Shown: in pieces, positions 49,297 through 61,470 of the stretch
Layout: every line of letters begins with the position of its first letter
Numbering within the stretch: the stretch's first letter is position 1
Assembly (NCBI GenBank): GCA_051362555.1
Contig: CM120648.1
Location: forward strand, 19,650,587-19,714,586
Source: Lingula anatina
Lineage: Eukaryota > Animalia > Brachiopoda
DNA: 64,000 bases
Direction: 5' to 3'
The notes under the pieces: model-generated
What the model was told of the DNA's origin: nothing
The model's input: the letters and a program-made list of their open reading frames with translations, nothing else
The model's database searches: none
Made by a program: the position numbers and the translations under genes

Positions 49297-51230
49297 CCAT
49301 AGAATACTCATATTTCATCATTTTAGTGAGACAGCTTTCTATACTCAAACAGATCAAACAGCAAAAAGTGACAGTAAAGTACATTTTGAAATGTGTCTGA
49401 TATATTTCCAGACTTTACTTATTACTGGATAGATGCAATCCATACTTATGCGCAACAGCAAAACATGAGTGAAGATGGGGTATCTTCCCCCCGAATAATC
49501 ATTGCTTGCACACATAAAGACAAATACCTGGAAAATGTTCCCAAAGAAAAGGTAGGCATTAGTACTGAAACAAACAAAAATAATAATAATAATAAATTTA
49601 TTAATTAAATTAAACTGTTTGTTCTTAAAAAATAGTTATGACAATTGACTGATAAAATATGTGATTGAAGCTTGCTTGCAGTGTGTTGATAAACTGTTTC
49701 TCCCATTCTCTTACAGCATGAAGAAGAAATAAATGCATACTTTGATAAATTGCGGCAGCATATACAACAGAAGAGAAGTGGTGTGCATGTTGATCCTCGT
49801 TTCTTTGCAATTGACAACACATGTCAAGATGAAGATCAAGAAATATCTGATCTCCGTCGATATATTATGAAAATTGCTGAAAGCCAAAAATCTTGGGGAG
49901 AGAAGAATCCAATAAGATGGATTAGATTAGAAGAAGATCTTCAGCTGCGACGAGCACCCGAGAAACGAGGAAAAAGGTGGATAAGGTATGAGGAGCTGCA
50001 AAATTTAGCTCTTAAAGTTGGAATGCAGGATGCCATTGAGCTGAAGTCATTCCTCCAGTTCCATCATGACATTGGAGATCTTATGCACTTTCAGACTGAT
50101 GATCTCTCTGACACTGTCATTTTGAATCCAACATGGCTGATAGATGCATTCAGGTCTATTATAGCAGTTGATAAACACCATGTCAAAGCCAAAGGGACTC
50201 CTTATTGGTCTGCATTAAAGAGGGGCATCTTAGATGAAAGACTTCTGGATGAGCTATGGGGAGATGATAGTGAGTTGAAGTCCATTGTAATCGGTGTTAT
50301 GGTACAATTCAACATTCTTTTGCAACAGGATGTCAAGCCAGGTACAACAGAAAAGCCTACTTCTCGACAGTTCTATGTGCCCAGCTTACTTCAGGTATGC
50401 AAGAATCCAGAATCTGGGGTTGGCAGTGAAGGAACACTATTCATACAAGGGAAAGAGAACTTTATGCCACATGTGCTTTTCAACCGTCTCACAGTGAAGT
50501 TAGTCCAAAATGACACTTCTACAGGAAGAAAAGGTTTAAGAAGAAGAGGTGACTTTTTCCTCATTAAAAATGAGCTGTACTATGATTATGCTGTATATGC
50601 AATCGATCCACGCAGAGGAGCGCGTTGTGCTTTGAGAAAGTCAACAAAAACCTCTTGCATTGAACTAATTCCCTTATATCCCCCAGCAACAAAGTTTGAC
50701 AAAACAATCCGAGGGGCATATGCTAAGTGGAAGAACCATGTTTTGATGCAAATTCAGCATGTTAAGCAGACCGTCTGCCCAAATTTGCGACTAGAATGGT
50801 GTGTCAGAGACCCGAGAAAGCCAAAAGTCAGAGAGGAGCTGATGGCAATAGATCCGAAGGAGTCTGATCTCACAGCATGTGGGCTACCTGAGGATTCAGT
50901 GTACAGACTGTGGTTTATGCCAGACTCGAGTGAGAAGGTAAGTCATGTAAATATATAATGGAAGCGTGGCTCAGTCATAACTTCAACATGAATATTAAAT
51001 GTATTTTTGTGACAGAAATATATTTGATTTTAAATAAATGAATGCTCAAAGTATTTGATCACTGGGTTTCTTTTATATTGGATATTTTAATATTTAAAAA
51101 TGTATCTTTGTGAAATGTATTTTGTTTGTAAGTAAATGGGTAGTCTATCTATCTGATTACTGGTTTTCTTTTATTCAATAGGAGCATGGTGTTACTGAAC
51201 CCTCCATGAGATTACCAAGTGATGCTGGAG
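30634..51230 (+). CDS. ROCO-family GTPase with N-terminal NHL beta-propeller (NHL-Roc-COR; C-terminus not resolved)
   Basis: join 30634-31555, 43798-44046, 44261-44341, 44561-44626, 47245-47301, 47690-47764, 48656-48955, 49412-49551, 49717-50937, 51182-51230; all phases compatible (about 1050 aa open). G1 GHYGAGKT, G2 TNGIE, G3 WDFGGQ..YY.TH..FL, G4 THKD, COR P..WI.LE / L.F.HDIGD / VILNPTWL / FYVPSLL. Confidence 0.75.
33230..34720 (-). mobile_element. Heavily decayed L1/Tx1-like LINE ORF2 3' remnant (probably continues to about 37850, split by the HINE)
   Basis: Minus-strand fragments EDV.HAL.VCE (zinc-knuckle-like), FYWK, K.KGG; TTTATT near the left end. Confidence 0.4.
34869..37650 (+). 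mobile_element. HINE copy 2
   Basis: Same termini and body as 2061-5145, with a different number of core repeats and an internal deletion. Confidence 0.87.
37891..40292. mobile_element. EnSpm/CACTA-type (CCC-ended) non-autonomous element with long subterminal TCAACGTTGA arrays
   Basis: TIR CCCAGCGGGCA / TGCCCGCTGGG, TA TSD; empty site visible in the paralogous segment at about 33309-33440. Confidence 0.85.
40898..43551. mobile_element. Academ-like non-autonomous DNA transposon with long TIRs
   Basis: TAGTCCGGTGGCTTA ... TAAGCCACCGGACTA, imperfect TIRs of several hundred bp, TGA 3-bp TSD, many AATCCAAGATGGC motifs. Confidence 0.8.
43798..44046 (+). CDS. Roc GTPase exon with P-loop ([13 protein letters not shown]...TNGIE)
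   Basis: tttcag| phase 1 ... |gtaaga; Roc-type leader [11 protein letters not shown]. Confidence 0.9.
44978..47033. mobile_element. hAT-like non-autonomous element with 7-bp TSD
   Basis: TIR CAGTGTACGAAAT / ATTTCATACCCTG; CATTTTA on both sides. Confidence 0.75.
48656..48955 (+). CDS. Roc exon with G3 ([25 protein letters not shown])
   Basis: ttttag| ... |gtaagg; canonical Roc motif. Confidence 0.92.
49412..49551 (+). CDS. Roc exon with G4 (YWIDAIH...IIIACTHKD)
   Basis: ttccag| ... |gtaggc. Confidence 0.9.
49717..50937 (+). CDS. Roc G5 plus COR domain exon
   Basis: ttacag| ... |gtaagt; 407 open codons with COR motifs. Confidence 0.92.
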
Positions 51231-52105
51231 GTAAATAAGATGTTAAGAACATAAAACTATTCTAACACTCTAAAAATAATAAAAAAACATCCTTTTTTAT
51301 GTACAGACACAGATATGTTGCTGTCTGCCTTTGCTGCTGCAGTTAAGGACAGTGACCATTGAAGTTAAACCATGTCACTTACTGTTCTCATACTTACAGG
51401 ACAGAAACATAGGACCAAAATGCAGCTTCAGTCTGGAAGTTATACAATTGTTTGCGAAATTTCATTTTTCACATGTTGACATTGTCAGGATGTGACTTTG
51501 AACTTCCATCAGCTTGAAGACCGTGCTTTCTGAAGACTCACACTTTCTGAATATTCATAACAAATGCATTTTATTATTCAAAGTTGATGGTCATTATGTT
51601 GTTTATCATTATGCAATATTGCATCAAAATTGAAGAAACCCTATTTTGGGCACTGCTCTCATAATGACCATTAAGGAAAACTATGATTCATATTATTTTC
51701 AAACTTACTGAAAAGATTCATCCGACTGAAACGTAGCATGATTGGGAAAACCAGTCTGATTGCATTCTTTTCTGGAAGCAACGCAGTTCTTTATGAAATC
51801 TTCATTTTTCATATCTTGGCATTTTTAGCATGGGGTTTGTAACTCCCACGGGCATGTAGACGACTATTAACCAAACCTCCAAATGTATAGTAGATAATCA
51901 AAATTTGGTGTTGATTATGCTTTTAATTATTATGTAATATTGTATCAAAATCAACAAAAAATACTTTGTGTACTGTCACCACAAATGTTAGAAAAAGAAA
52001 ACTGTTATTAAGTTTTACCTTACAAAAATAATTCTTAGGATTGATATACAGCTCAAATTGGAAACCAGCTTTATTGGATTATCATTTTTATTGAATTAAT
52101 GCAAT

Positions 52106-55100
52106 TTTTTTTTTTTTTTTTTTTATGCGTTTATTCACTCAAAGAAAAAAAAAAGAAAATATACATATATAATGAAATATTTAAACAGATAATCAAAGAT
52201 TGAATGCATGTAAAACAATGCTGATGATAATTACGGTAGTTAAATACTAATAGATAAATAAAAAGAGCGTAAATATATAGAAATACTCTCACTCACTCAT
52301 CCATCCATGCATACTACGCGTGAGCTACGTATCGGCAACTATAACATATTTAATGAAATGTTTAGACAGGTAATCAAAGATTAAATGCATATAATACTGA
52401 TGGTAATTACGGTAATTAAATACTGATAAATAAAAAAGAACATAAATATATAGACATACTTTCACTCACTCATCCATCCATACATACTACACGTATACAT
52501 GCTTGTTGTGAACTACATAGCGGCAACTATAGCGTACTAGAGGTGAAAATTTTAACACGTTATGGTAGGAATGCGTTTCCATTTTGTATTAAACCTATCT
52601 TCTTTTCCTGTCTTTATAGCAATGTATTTTTCTATTTTTTTCTTCTGGCTAAGAAAATGCAGAAACAGTTCAAAATCATAGACTGATGGATTTTCTGAAT
52701 TTTTGTTTATGAATTGTTTAGCCACAATAATACAGAAATTTAAAGCTTTTACGCGCTGGTCGCTTGACAGACACCCGTGCATTATAGTTTTTTCATTTTT
52801 TCTGAAGTGTATGGTATTATTCGGAATGTTCCACCAGTTTTCAAATGCAATCCAAAAATTTCTTGCGCGTACACATTCCACAAAACGATGTATTATTGTT
52901 TCTTTCATATGGCAGTTAGTACATCCTGGGCTAGTAACTATTTTCATTTTGAACAGTGTAGAATTTGTGTACAGCACATTGTGAATTATTCTGTATTGCA
53001 TTACTTGTAGTTGAGTTTCTTTGACAGACTCAAATGGTATTAAGAAAACTCTCTGCCAATCATTTTCACTTATGCCTGATTTGATAAGATGCAAACTTGC
53101 TGTGGGTAGATTTATTACATTTCTTTCTATTAGCTTATCGTAAATGGTTTTTGTAGAGGCAAGAGTCCATACTATCTCATCTGAGTCTGTGTTGTCAACT
53201 GTTTCTGCATTTTCCCGAAGTTTACGTAACCATGATATCGGAATTGATTTTTTTACTTTTTCGTATTCTAGAAAATTCAGCAGCTTAATGGCGAAGTTGT
53301 GTTGATTTATTATTTCTTCTAATGATATAAATTCACCATTAATATTTATGATATCTTGAATATAATTTACTCCGGCTTTTGACCAATGCCTTAGATATAT
53401 TGACTTTTTATTTACAAGTATGAATCTATTATTCCATATTATCTGTTTCTTTATATCGGAGGCATTATTAGGGTCTGTTTGTATTAAATCACTCCATGCA
53501 TCTAGCATGGCTACGTAATAAGGTGGCATGTCCGAAATGTTAATATTCTTAAGTTCATAATTACAACTGAAAATGAGTTTTCCTCCCACACTTCTTAAAT
53601 ATTTCAGTATGTTTATAACCCACGGATCATCGTTGTCAGCTAACATTATGCGCTTAACCATTGAGGCCTTCAGAGACCGCACGTGCGATGGCACATGTGT
53701 CAAATTTAAACCACCTTTACTCTTTGGGGCTATTAATGTATTCTGCTTTAATTTTGTTTTTTTGTCATTCCATAGAAATTTTTTGAATAAAGCATCTATC
53801 CTCAAAATAATATCATTTGGGGTCTCAAGAACTGTATTAGCATAAACCAGTTTAGCCAGACCCAATGTTTTCAGTATTTGTATCTTTCCAATCCATGTGA
53901 GGTCTCTGCTGGACCAAAGGTTAAGCAGCTTTTCAATTTGATCAACTTTACTATCGAAGTCTAGAAACCTACAGCTTTCGTAATCATAAGAGAAATGAAT
54001 TCCGAGAGCTTTTATTGGTCTATCTGGCCATAGCAACCCGAGGGGCTTTTCGTTGTTGAATCTATTGCTTCCAAGCCACAGGGCTTCGGACTTGCTCAAG
54101 TTTAGTTCTAAACCAGAAATTTGTTTGAATTCAGATATTAATTTCAATGCGTTTTTAGCGGACCTAACATCATTTAGAAATAGCGTTGTATCGTCGGCAT
54201 ATTGGCATAATTTGTGTTCATGACGATCAATAGTGATTCCCCGTATGGATGGATCTGCGCGTATTGCGCAGGCTAGTATTTCTACGGCCAGCACGAATAG
54301 AGGGCCGGACAGTGGGCACCCTTGTCTTACACCTCTTGTAATTGAAAAGAATCGCGAGGAATATCCGTTGTTTGTAATACAACTGGAAGCATTGGCGTAC
54401 ATAATGTCAAACCACTGAATGAAGTCAGGGCCAAAGTTAAATATTTTTAGGCATTTTTTTATAAATTCCCATTCAATGCAATCGAACGCTTTTTTAAAAT
54501 CTAAGAAAATCGCCATCCCTTCTTTATTTTGCCTTTTTGTTGAGTACATAAGATCCCAGATGAGTCTTATATTTTCACCGATATATCTTTTTTTAACGTA
54601 CCCGGTTTGGTTTTTGTTGATAATGGTTGGTAAAGTCGTTTCCATTCGTTTTGCAAGTGCTTTTGCGGCTATTTTGTAGCTTACGCTTAGCAAAGAAATA
54701 GGTCGCCAGTTTTCCAAACGGTGTCTATCCTTGTCTTTTTTGGGAATTAGTGTTATTATGCCCTGTCGTTGGCTAATATTTAACTGACCAGTTTCAAAAG
54801 CAAAATTTAAACAGTCTGCAATTTCTTCTCCTAATTCTTCCCAGAATTTCATGTAAAATTCTGCGGAGAGCCCATCAACACCCGGGGTTTTATTCTTCTT
54901 TTTTGTAAGTTCTTTGAGTGCGTTTTTGCACTCGTTGATGGTTAGCTTTCCTTCACATGAGATTTTTAGGTCGTTTGGAATTTGGGGTATGTTTTGTACA
55001 TTGAAAAATTTGTTTGAGATTCTCTCGTTAATGGTAGTGTTCTGTGAGGTGTACAAATTTTCATAAAACTTTTCCTGTTCTTGTAGAATATCTTTATCAT

Positions 55101-55637
55101 TAGTTACTGTTAGTGTATCACTAATTTCCAGTTTTGTAATTGTATTTCTGACTCGATTCCGTTTTTCCAAGTTGATAAAGTAATTTGTATTGCGTTCGCC
55201 CTTTTCGTACCATCTCACTTTACTACGCATTATTGCACCTTCAGTTTTAGCTTCTAAGATTAAATCATGTTCAGTCTTAAGTTTTTCTAATTCTTTAGCT
55301 TTTTCTTTATTAAATTGATTGTCTATCTCGGCCTGTAGCACGTTGATTTTTTTCCAAATGTCTCTTTCATTTTCTCTATGTTGTTTAGATTTTTGCTTTG
55401 AAAATTTTATTGAAAACTGCCGTATTTCCATTGTTATCATATCAAATGCTAAACCACGGTCCTCTAAGTAATTGTATCTGTTTTTTGCTTCATTAATTAC
55501 ATTTTTCATTTCGTTAATATATCTTTCGTCTCCTAGTAAAGTATTATTGTGTTTCCAAAACCCTCGCCCTCTAACTGTCACATCTTTTGTCTTTAAAAAC
55601 AAAGATATTGCATCATGATCAGTGTAAGGTGCGTAAG
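52106..55637 (-). mobile_element. 5'-truncated L1/Tx1-clade LINE with intact RT
   Basis: 13-bp TSD GAATTAATGCAAT (52093-52105 / 55638-55650), AATAAA plus poly(A) tail, truncation inside the endonuclease near its TDH motif. Confidence 0.95.
52552..55602 (-). CDS. LINE ORF2 (end of APE, reverse transcriptase, C-terminal CCHC)
   Basis: 1016 aa open; PGVDG, NWRPISLL, LDFKKAFD, GVRQGCPLS, YADD, CTNC..ETIIHRFVEC. Confidence 0.95.
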   Translation of the reverse strand: MFLKTKDVTVRGRGFWKHNNTLLGDERYINEMKNVINEAKNRYNYLEDRGLAFDMITMEIRQFSIKFSKQKSKQHRENERDIWKKINVLQAEIDNQFNKEKAKELEKLKTEHDLILEAKTEGAIMRSKVRWYEKGERNTNYFINLEKRNRVRNTITKLEISDTLTVTNDKDILQEQEKFYENLYTSQNTTINERISNKFFNVQNIPQIPNDLKISCEGKLTINECKNALKELTKKKNKTPGVDGLSAEFYMKFWEELGEEIADCLNFAFETGQLNISQRQGIITLIPKKDKDRHRLENWRPISLLSVSYKIAAKALAKRMETTLPTIINKNQTGYVKKRYIGENIRLIWDLMYSTKRQNKEGMAIFLDFKKAFDCIEWEFIKKCLKIFNFGPDFIQWFDIMYANASSCITNNGYSSRFFSITRGVRQGCPLSGPLFVLAVEILACAIRADPSIRGITIDRHEHKLCQYADDTTLFLNDVRSAKNALKLISEFKQISGLELNLSKSEALWLGSNRFNNEKPLGLLWPDRPIKALGIHFSYDYESCRFLDFDSKVDQIEKLLNLWSSRDLTWIGKIQILKTLGLAKLVYANTVLETPNDIILRIDALFKKFLWNDKKTKLKQNTLIAPKSKGGLNLTHVPSHVRSLKASMVKRIMLADNDDPWVINILKYLRSVGGKLIFSCNYELKNINISDMPPYYVAMLDAWSDLIQTDPNNASDIKKQIIWNNRFILVNKKSIYLRHWSKAGVNYIQDIININGEFISLEEIINQHNFAIKLLNFLEYEKVKKSIPISWLRKLRENAETVDNTDSDEIVWTLASTKTIYDKLIERNVINLPTASLHLIKSGISENDWQRVFLIPFESVKETQLQVMQYRIIHNVLYTNSTLFKMKIVTSPGCTNCHMKETIIHRFVECVRARNFWIAFENWWNIPNNTIHFRKNEKTIMHGCLSSDQRVKALNFCIIVAKQFINKNSENPSVYDFELFLHFLSQKKKIEKYIAIKTGKEDRFNTKWKRIPTITC

Positions 55638-58600
55638 GAATTAATGCAATATTTGTGACTTTTTCATTTTTTATTCTGGTGTTTTCAAAGTTTTTACTTG
55701 AACTCTTATGGGCCTGAAGCCTTTTGCATGTTACAAATTTTACTTACATCAGTATTACTTGTTCTGCATAATTGTGCCACTAGAGATACACAATTTAGGC
55801 TTTGTAAGTCCTCCGGTCTAGGTGTGGCCATCGTTACAATACACCCTTGTCCTTGCAATATTAAATGCTAAATATCTCCAAAACCAAAGGAATTATGGGA
55901 AAAAATTATATAAATGGCTGACTGAAAGTCATATGTAGAGATTTCAAATAGGCCCTTGGATTTGACCTTTTACCTTAATTTCAAAGTCAAACATGCCAAA
56001 CTTTTCTAAAAATGATAATTTTTTACAAATGAAAATTTTATTTGTGCCAATTTTTGGAAAAAACTACACAGACACAAGCTTTAATATTTATGGGCAGGTG
56101 TTCCACTTAGGTCATCTTTCATGTTCTTGAGTTTGGGGTCAATCGGTGCATTTTCATGGGAGAGGCAGCCTTTAGATACTGAAACTGACAACTAATCCTG
56201 TATCCATAAATGTTAGAGACCTCTGTTTTTTCAGAGCTTGTCAAGCGCAACATTGAAATTAATTTTCCTTTTTTGTTTGTTTCCATACAGTTTACAAGTT
56301 ACACTTTATCAAAAAATGCAAGGTCGCAATATTCAGTGGTGAAAATAAAATGTGATATAACTCCAAGACTAGAAGAGATACGCCCATAATTACTCTTGAA
56401 CTTGAATAGTAAGTCATTTACTGGCAGTCTAAATGTGACATTGAAATTGACCTTTAACAAACTTTTCACCATGAACTGAACAAGTTATCCATCGCATAAT
56501 ATTTGATATATCTCCATCAGTAGGACACATACTGTTGAAAAGTGGTGTACTTTAAAATTTTAGCACGTCATGATTGTCCTTTTGTTACGTCTGCATAACA
56601 AATTAGCCTGGGAATGGCGACTTACTGAAAATGAGTACATGTACGTTGCAGGTACATGTAAATTTCTATTGAAAAATATTTACTGTGGCTTGAACTTGTA
56701 TATTTTAGAAAGTGAATAAGCATTTGTTCTTCTGTCCAAAAGAGAGCATGTTTTACCAATTTGCTGTCAAGAATTCTTACCACCACAGCCTGAATACAGG
56801 ACACAATTTTTAACAAAACCAAAAATGCATATGCCTAGGGATGGACTATAATGCGAAAAATTCATTTACAAATACAAAATTCGCTTAATTGAAAAATGAT
56901 GGTCAGTGTATCATGGTTTTTATTTTCAATTGTCAGTCTCTGTGAAAAATCTGGGAAGTTGGTAGCGCAAATTTACTCCCATGAAGCACAATCTAATAAC
57001 TTTTAATGTTCATTTTTGCCCTCCTTCAAGCAAATAAATGCCCTCGTTCACTCTAAAAAGTTTCAAATTAAAATTAATATTCACATTAGGTTCTATGGTC
57101 CATCATTTCTACCTACCTTAAACTGGTGGTTACATCCCTATATGTCCCTGCACCAATATTCCCCCACACCAATACCCCCCCCCCCCCCACCAAGGGCGCA
57201 TTCCCATAGATTTTACATCGATCAACCCCCGTGGGGAGTCTCACTAGATTACTGTCAAATAATCAGGCTTAAATGTCCGTCCCGCCTACTGCAAGCTGTA
57301 GGGGGGTAATTAACTTTCGTGCCCACTCGGCTGACAGCTATTTAGCGTGAACCCACAGGGAATTGGATCGATCTAATCTCTGGGAATGGGGTCCAATATT
57401 CTCCCGCATTTTTGATAGGGGAAGCAATGATATGGGGGAGTAGCGGTGCGCCTACATCGGCAGTTTTACTGGGGATGTATCGATGCGGGGATCCATCAGT
57501 GTGAGGGGATTATTGGTGTATGTGTGTGTGTGTGGGGGGGGGGTATTGGTGCAGGGGAGTATCGACATGACCCCGAACTGGTTTGATTCATGAATATCAT
57601 GTGAACAAATGATACATGTCTTAAGTTCAGTGTGATCACAAATAAGGTTTTCAGTTTATTGAGGCAACGATTGTATGGAAAAAAATATAGCTTAAATTAG
57701 ACGCGAGACTTCGCCTGACCTATTTCATTGGAAATCCCGCCATTTTATCACGACGGTAAAAGACAGTTGGAGTGAATTGTGCGGCCAGTTTCAAATTGCA
57801 TCAAAACTGGGGGTAAACTATATTTGAGGATAATCATGAGGTAGGTATAGATTTTCAACAAAAGTCAGAAATTATACTGAATACATTTTTTGTCAAAAGT
57901 GTACACTTTCCCCTCCAACATCAAGATCAAGACCACATGTATACATACGGTAAATATCTAAGTTGCAAGTTATGGTACATACAGTGTATCATGTATATAC
58001 TAGTAGTTTTGTTAATAGGGGTATTGTTTATTCTGCACTGTGTGACCTACCCCAACTCATTCACATCAGTTCTGTCAATATACATACTTAATTTTGGCAA
58101 GTCTGAATAATGATACGAAGGCAGTTTAACAGCACGAACACCTGCCAAGATTCATTTGATAAGTATACTGGGCACATGCTTAATCTTCAGTGACACTCTT
58201 TTAATTGTTATACAGGTACATATCAAAGTAATTTAATTTCACCATGCAAATCTGCAGTAGAAAAGAATTGGGAACCATCATGGTTTCCTGGAAAGCATCA
58301 TTATGTAATTCATTGTAAACTTTGTTGTAACGGTACCTTACGTACCATAAATATATGGATGAGTGGTGGTCTACTGTAGTATGTCTTGACAAGTGAAAAT
58401 GTTTATCTTTAACCATGGTCCCCAATAATTTATGTTGTAGTGGTGATTTTTTTCCATTGCAGGTAAAAACGAAGAGTTTCATGCAAGTAACAGAGAAAAT
58501 GGGTGCTACATAATTTGAAAGTGATCATGGTGATATCAATCAACCTTTCAGATATTGTTGTTTATGTATTTGTTTCCGTATTTCTGTTGATAGAGATATA

Positions 58601-60208
58601 AAATATATATTTACTGAGTATTTGGACAGGACTAAGGACACTAAAGGTACATACTGTATACATATTCATATGTAATGTATACATATATATACTTTATGGT
58701 CACTATAATTTTTCAATAATAGTTGATTATTGCTGCAAACCAGTAGCCGATGGTTTACCACTTAATTGTTGGCTTATAATATTCAAACAGAAGGACAGAT
58801 AAAAGAAAGAAAAGGGAAACGGGCATTTTGTAGTCTTGTATGTATTAAGCATGCCCTCTCAAAGATTTATGAGCAAAATGTTGTAAAAGAACTAGGCAAA
58901 ATAATATTGTGAGTAATGTTGAAAATGACACTTCATTTTGAAATTATATACCTTATCAGACTTGATCACAAAGCTTCAATATGTTTTTGACATTTTTATT
59001 TTCATTTCATTTCATATAGTAGAACTAGTATTCACTGTGACAAACAAAGTACATTTGTTTTTAAAAAGCTGGTTGTACTTGATAATCAATGCAAATTAAA
59101 TATACTGGTACTGGTACATTTGTTGAAATATTTTTAATTTGCCAAATGTCTATAGTCATTCTTTAACATAAAACAAACATGGTGCATTTAAATCATTGAT
59201 GATACAATATATGGAATAGATTATAAAAACATGATGCCTTGGTTTTGAAGGTAGATATATTACTATAATCATGTTAATTTTAATTATCATTTTTCTACTA
59301 TTATAACTTTTATATAATTGATCAACATGTTTCAATATGTTGTATATGTTGAATAAAGAATTTTTAAGAAAGATATATTCATTAAAAATACTTCTATGCC
59401 AATGAAAATGAAGTAAGCAGTCCACTTACCTCATCAATCTCACATGTCACACAGATAACATATGGTATATACAAGCCAATTTTACTTTGCTCATTTACCA
59501 CTGAAAATTTGGACCAAATCCTTAGGTACTGTTTTTGTACAAATATCAGTCATAACACAGTACATTAAATTGGAACTAAAACTAAATTGTGAAGGAAACC
59601 TAAACAGAAAGTATCATATATCATTATAAAAAAAAGAATTGACGACCATGTTTAAAACAAGTAGTCGCCAAAGTGGAAATAGATGAAAATGTAATAAATA
59701 TTCAGCTGGGCTTGTCTTGACGGATGCATGAATTTGACACCATTTTCCCACTAAAACAGCTGAAGCATTTGTTTAAGAAGATAGATTTGAATAAAAATTT
59801 AGCCACACAATTTTTCTAGTTTGGGAACTTTAATGAAAGTTATGATGTTGTCCAGGAAAAATGCCACCTAAACTGGGTCAAATCAAACATTCCCAAATGA
59901 AATATTACATGGATATGAAGCTTAAATACCCAATTAATATACCATCTGATTGGAAGTATTAGATATTTACTTCTGCTGATAATATTATTTTCGGTTAAAT
60001 TTTGATAGTTTTTACAAAACAAATGCTTTGATTTTACGCCGTGACAGTGTGTGTCCTACTGTGAAACTGGCAATCTTACTGTGACCTTGACATTAACCTT
60101 TGGCCTACTATTTCCATGAACTGAACTTTGCTAATTTTTCATCCCTTATATCTCCAAAACTTACCCAGATATGCCAATAGATACCACTGAATTTGAATAG
60201 GAACTCAT

Positions 60209-60312
60209 CCCAGACAGCCTCAGTAATCTGGCCCAGATCTGGCCCAGATCTGGCAACGTCTGGCAATATCTGGGCCAGATTTTGCCAGACACTTGCCAGA
60301 TCTGGGCCAGAT
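60209..60312. mobile_element. Left end of another CCC-ended (EnSpm-like) element
   Basis: CCCAGACAGC followed by tandem TCTGGCCCAGA subterminal motifs; other end not found. Confidence 0.45.
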
Positions 60313-60520
60313 GAAAAAAGCACAAGCTTATCAAACTGATACAATTCGTTGAGTGATTTTATTCGTGATGCGATTTATTTCGAAGGCATCAACACTGGCG
60401 ACGAGGATTAACACTAGTGCAAAACTGTGAGCCAATTTTCTTTGAGAAAATGGAGGAAAAATGTGAAAATACGAAATTCGAACCGTAGGCCTACAGAATA
60501 AAGTGTTTATGCGAGCTATC

Positions 60521-61470
60521 TGTCTTCCGTTCGAGGCTCGGGTGTCCTCTCCTCGCACCGAGTGTCCTTATTTAGCTCTGCTCTGCGTCGCCAGATCCGC
60601 TCTCCGTGTTCACAGGTCGAAGCTCCTTGTGTAACTGTGTGGGTATATGGTCGTAGAAAGGTGTGTAGGTGAGTCCGCACCCTCTCACGTCGTGGCTCGA
60701 ACTGCTCTTAGTCTACTAATATACTGCACTCCCGCCAGGTGGTGTAGACTCATCTCCGTAGTTCGGGGAGTGCTTCCGGCACAATCACAACACTCCTCCC
60801 CTCTTTATTTGAAAGAGATGAGTTTACTTCAAGTTTTTCCTGATAGAATCATTCAAGCAGTTCCTTAGCAATTCCAGCGGTGCTCACCTGAAATTCTTGA
60901 AATATATACAAGTTTAAAAGATATTTACACAAAGAAACGGTACATGTACAGATTTACAAGGGAGTCCCCAAAAACAAAACAAATGACTCCAATATGAACA
61001 AAGTTACTTTACATATTTACAAAGACTGAGTCTACAAAAACAAAAATGACTCCAGCATGGACAAAAATAATTATTTACACAGGAATCCACAAAAACAAAA
61101 CAAAAGATTCCTGTAATTCAGAGAACACAATTGACAAATTCTGAGAATGACGTCTCATGGCTTCAGCCATTCCAGCATGACAATATTATAACTGTCACAC
61201 AGGCATCACTCTTGATTCATCACTGTGACTGTGACTCTGGGAATATTTACAATCCAAGTGAATGATCATTAGAGGATAAAGTCAAAGACAGTTAAGGACC
61301 AATATCTGTCGTATGACAATTATCTGCATGACATACGCGTCACACACTCTTGATCTATCACTAAAGATTGAAGCTCAGTAACGATATAATATCTGTCACT
61401 ATGAGCTAAGTGTAGTGATGTAAAATCTCCTACACTGTTCTTTAGAGTGCAACAATATAAATCTGTTACA
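60521..61470 (-). mobile_element. Candidate solo LTR
   Basis: TGT...ACA termini (minus strand starts TGTAAC), near-TSD CTATC/CTATA, minus-strand AATAAA near 60805. Confidence 0.35.

Larger units (their letters stand above)
51297..55775 (+). mobile_element. Old diverged HINE copy 3, split by the LINE
   Basis: ATGTACAGACACAGAT start; body aligns by eye to copy 1 on both sides of the LINE. Confidence 0.7.

Noticed and set aside
55778-57100. CACTAG-ended DNA transposon
   Set aside because: Only one plausible terminus found, with no matching TIR or TSD.
58463-58520. Possible next or terminal ROCO exon after a good acceptor (TTTCCATTGCAG)
   Set aside because: Short, with no recognisable domain and lying in repeat-like sequence; not supportable.
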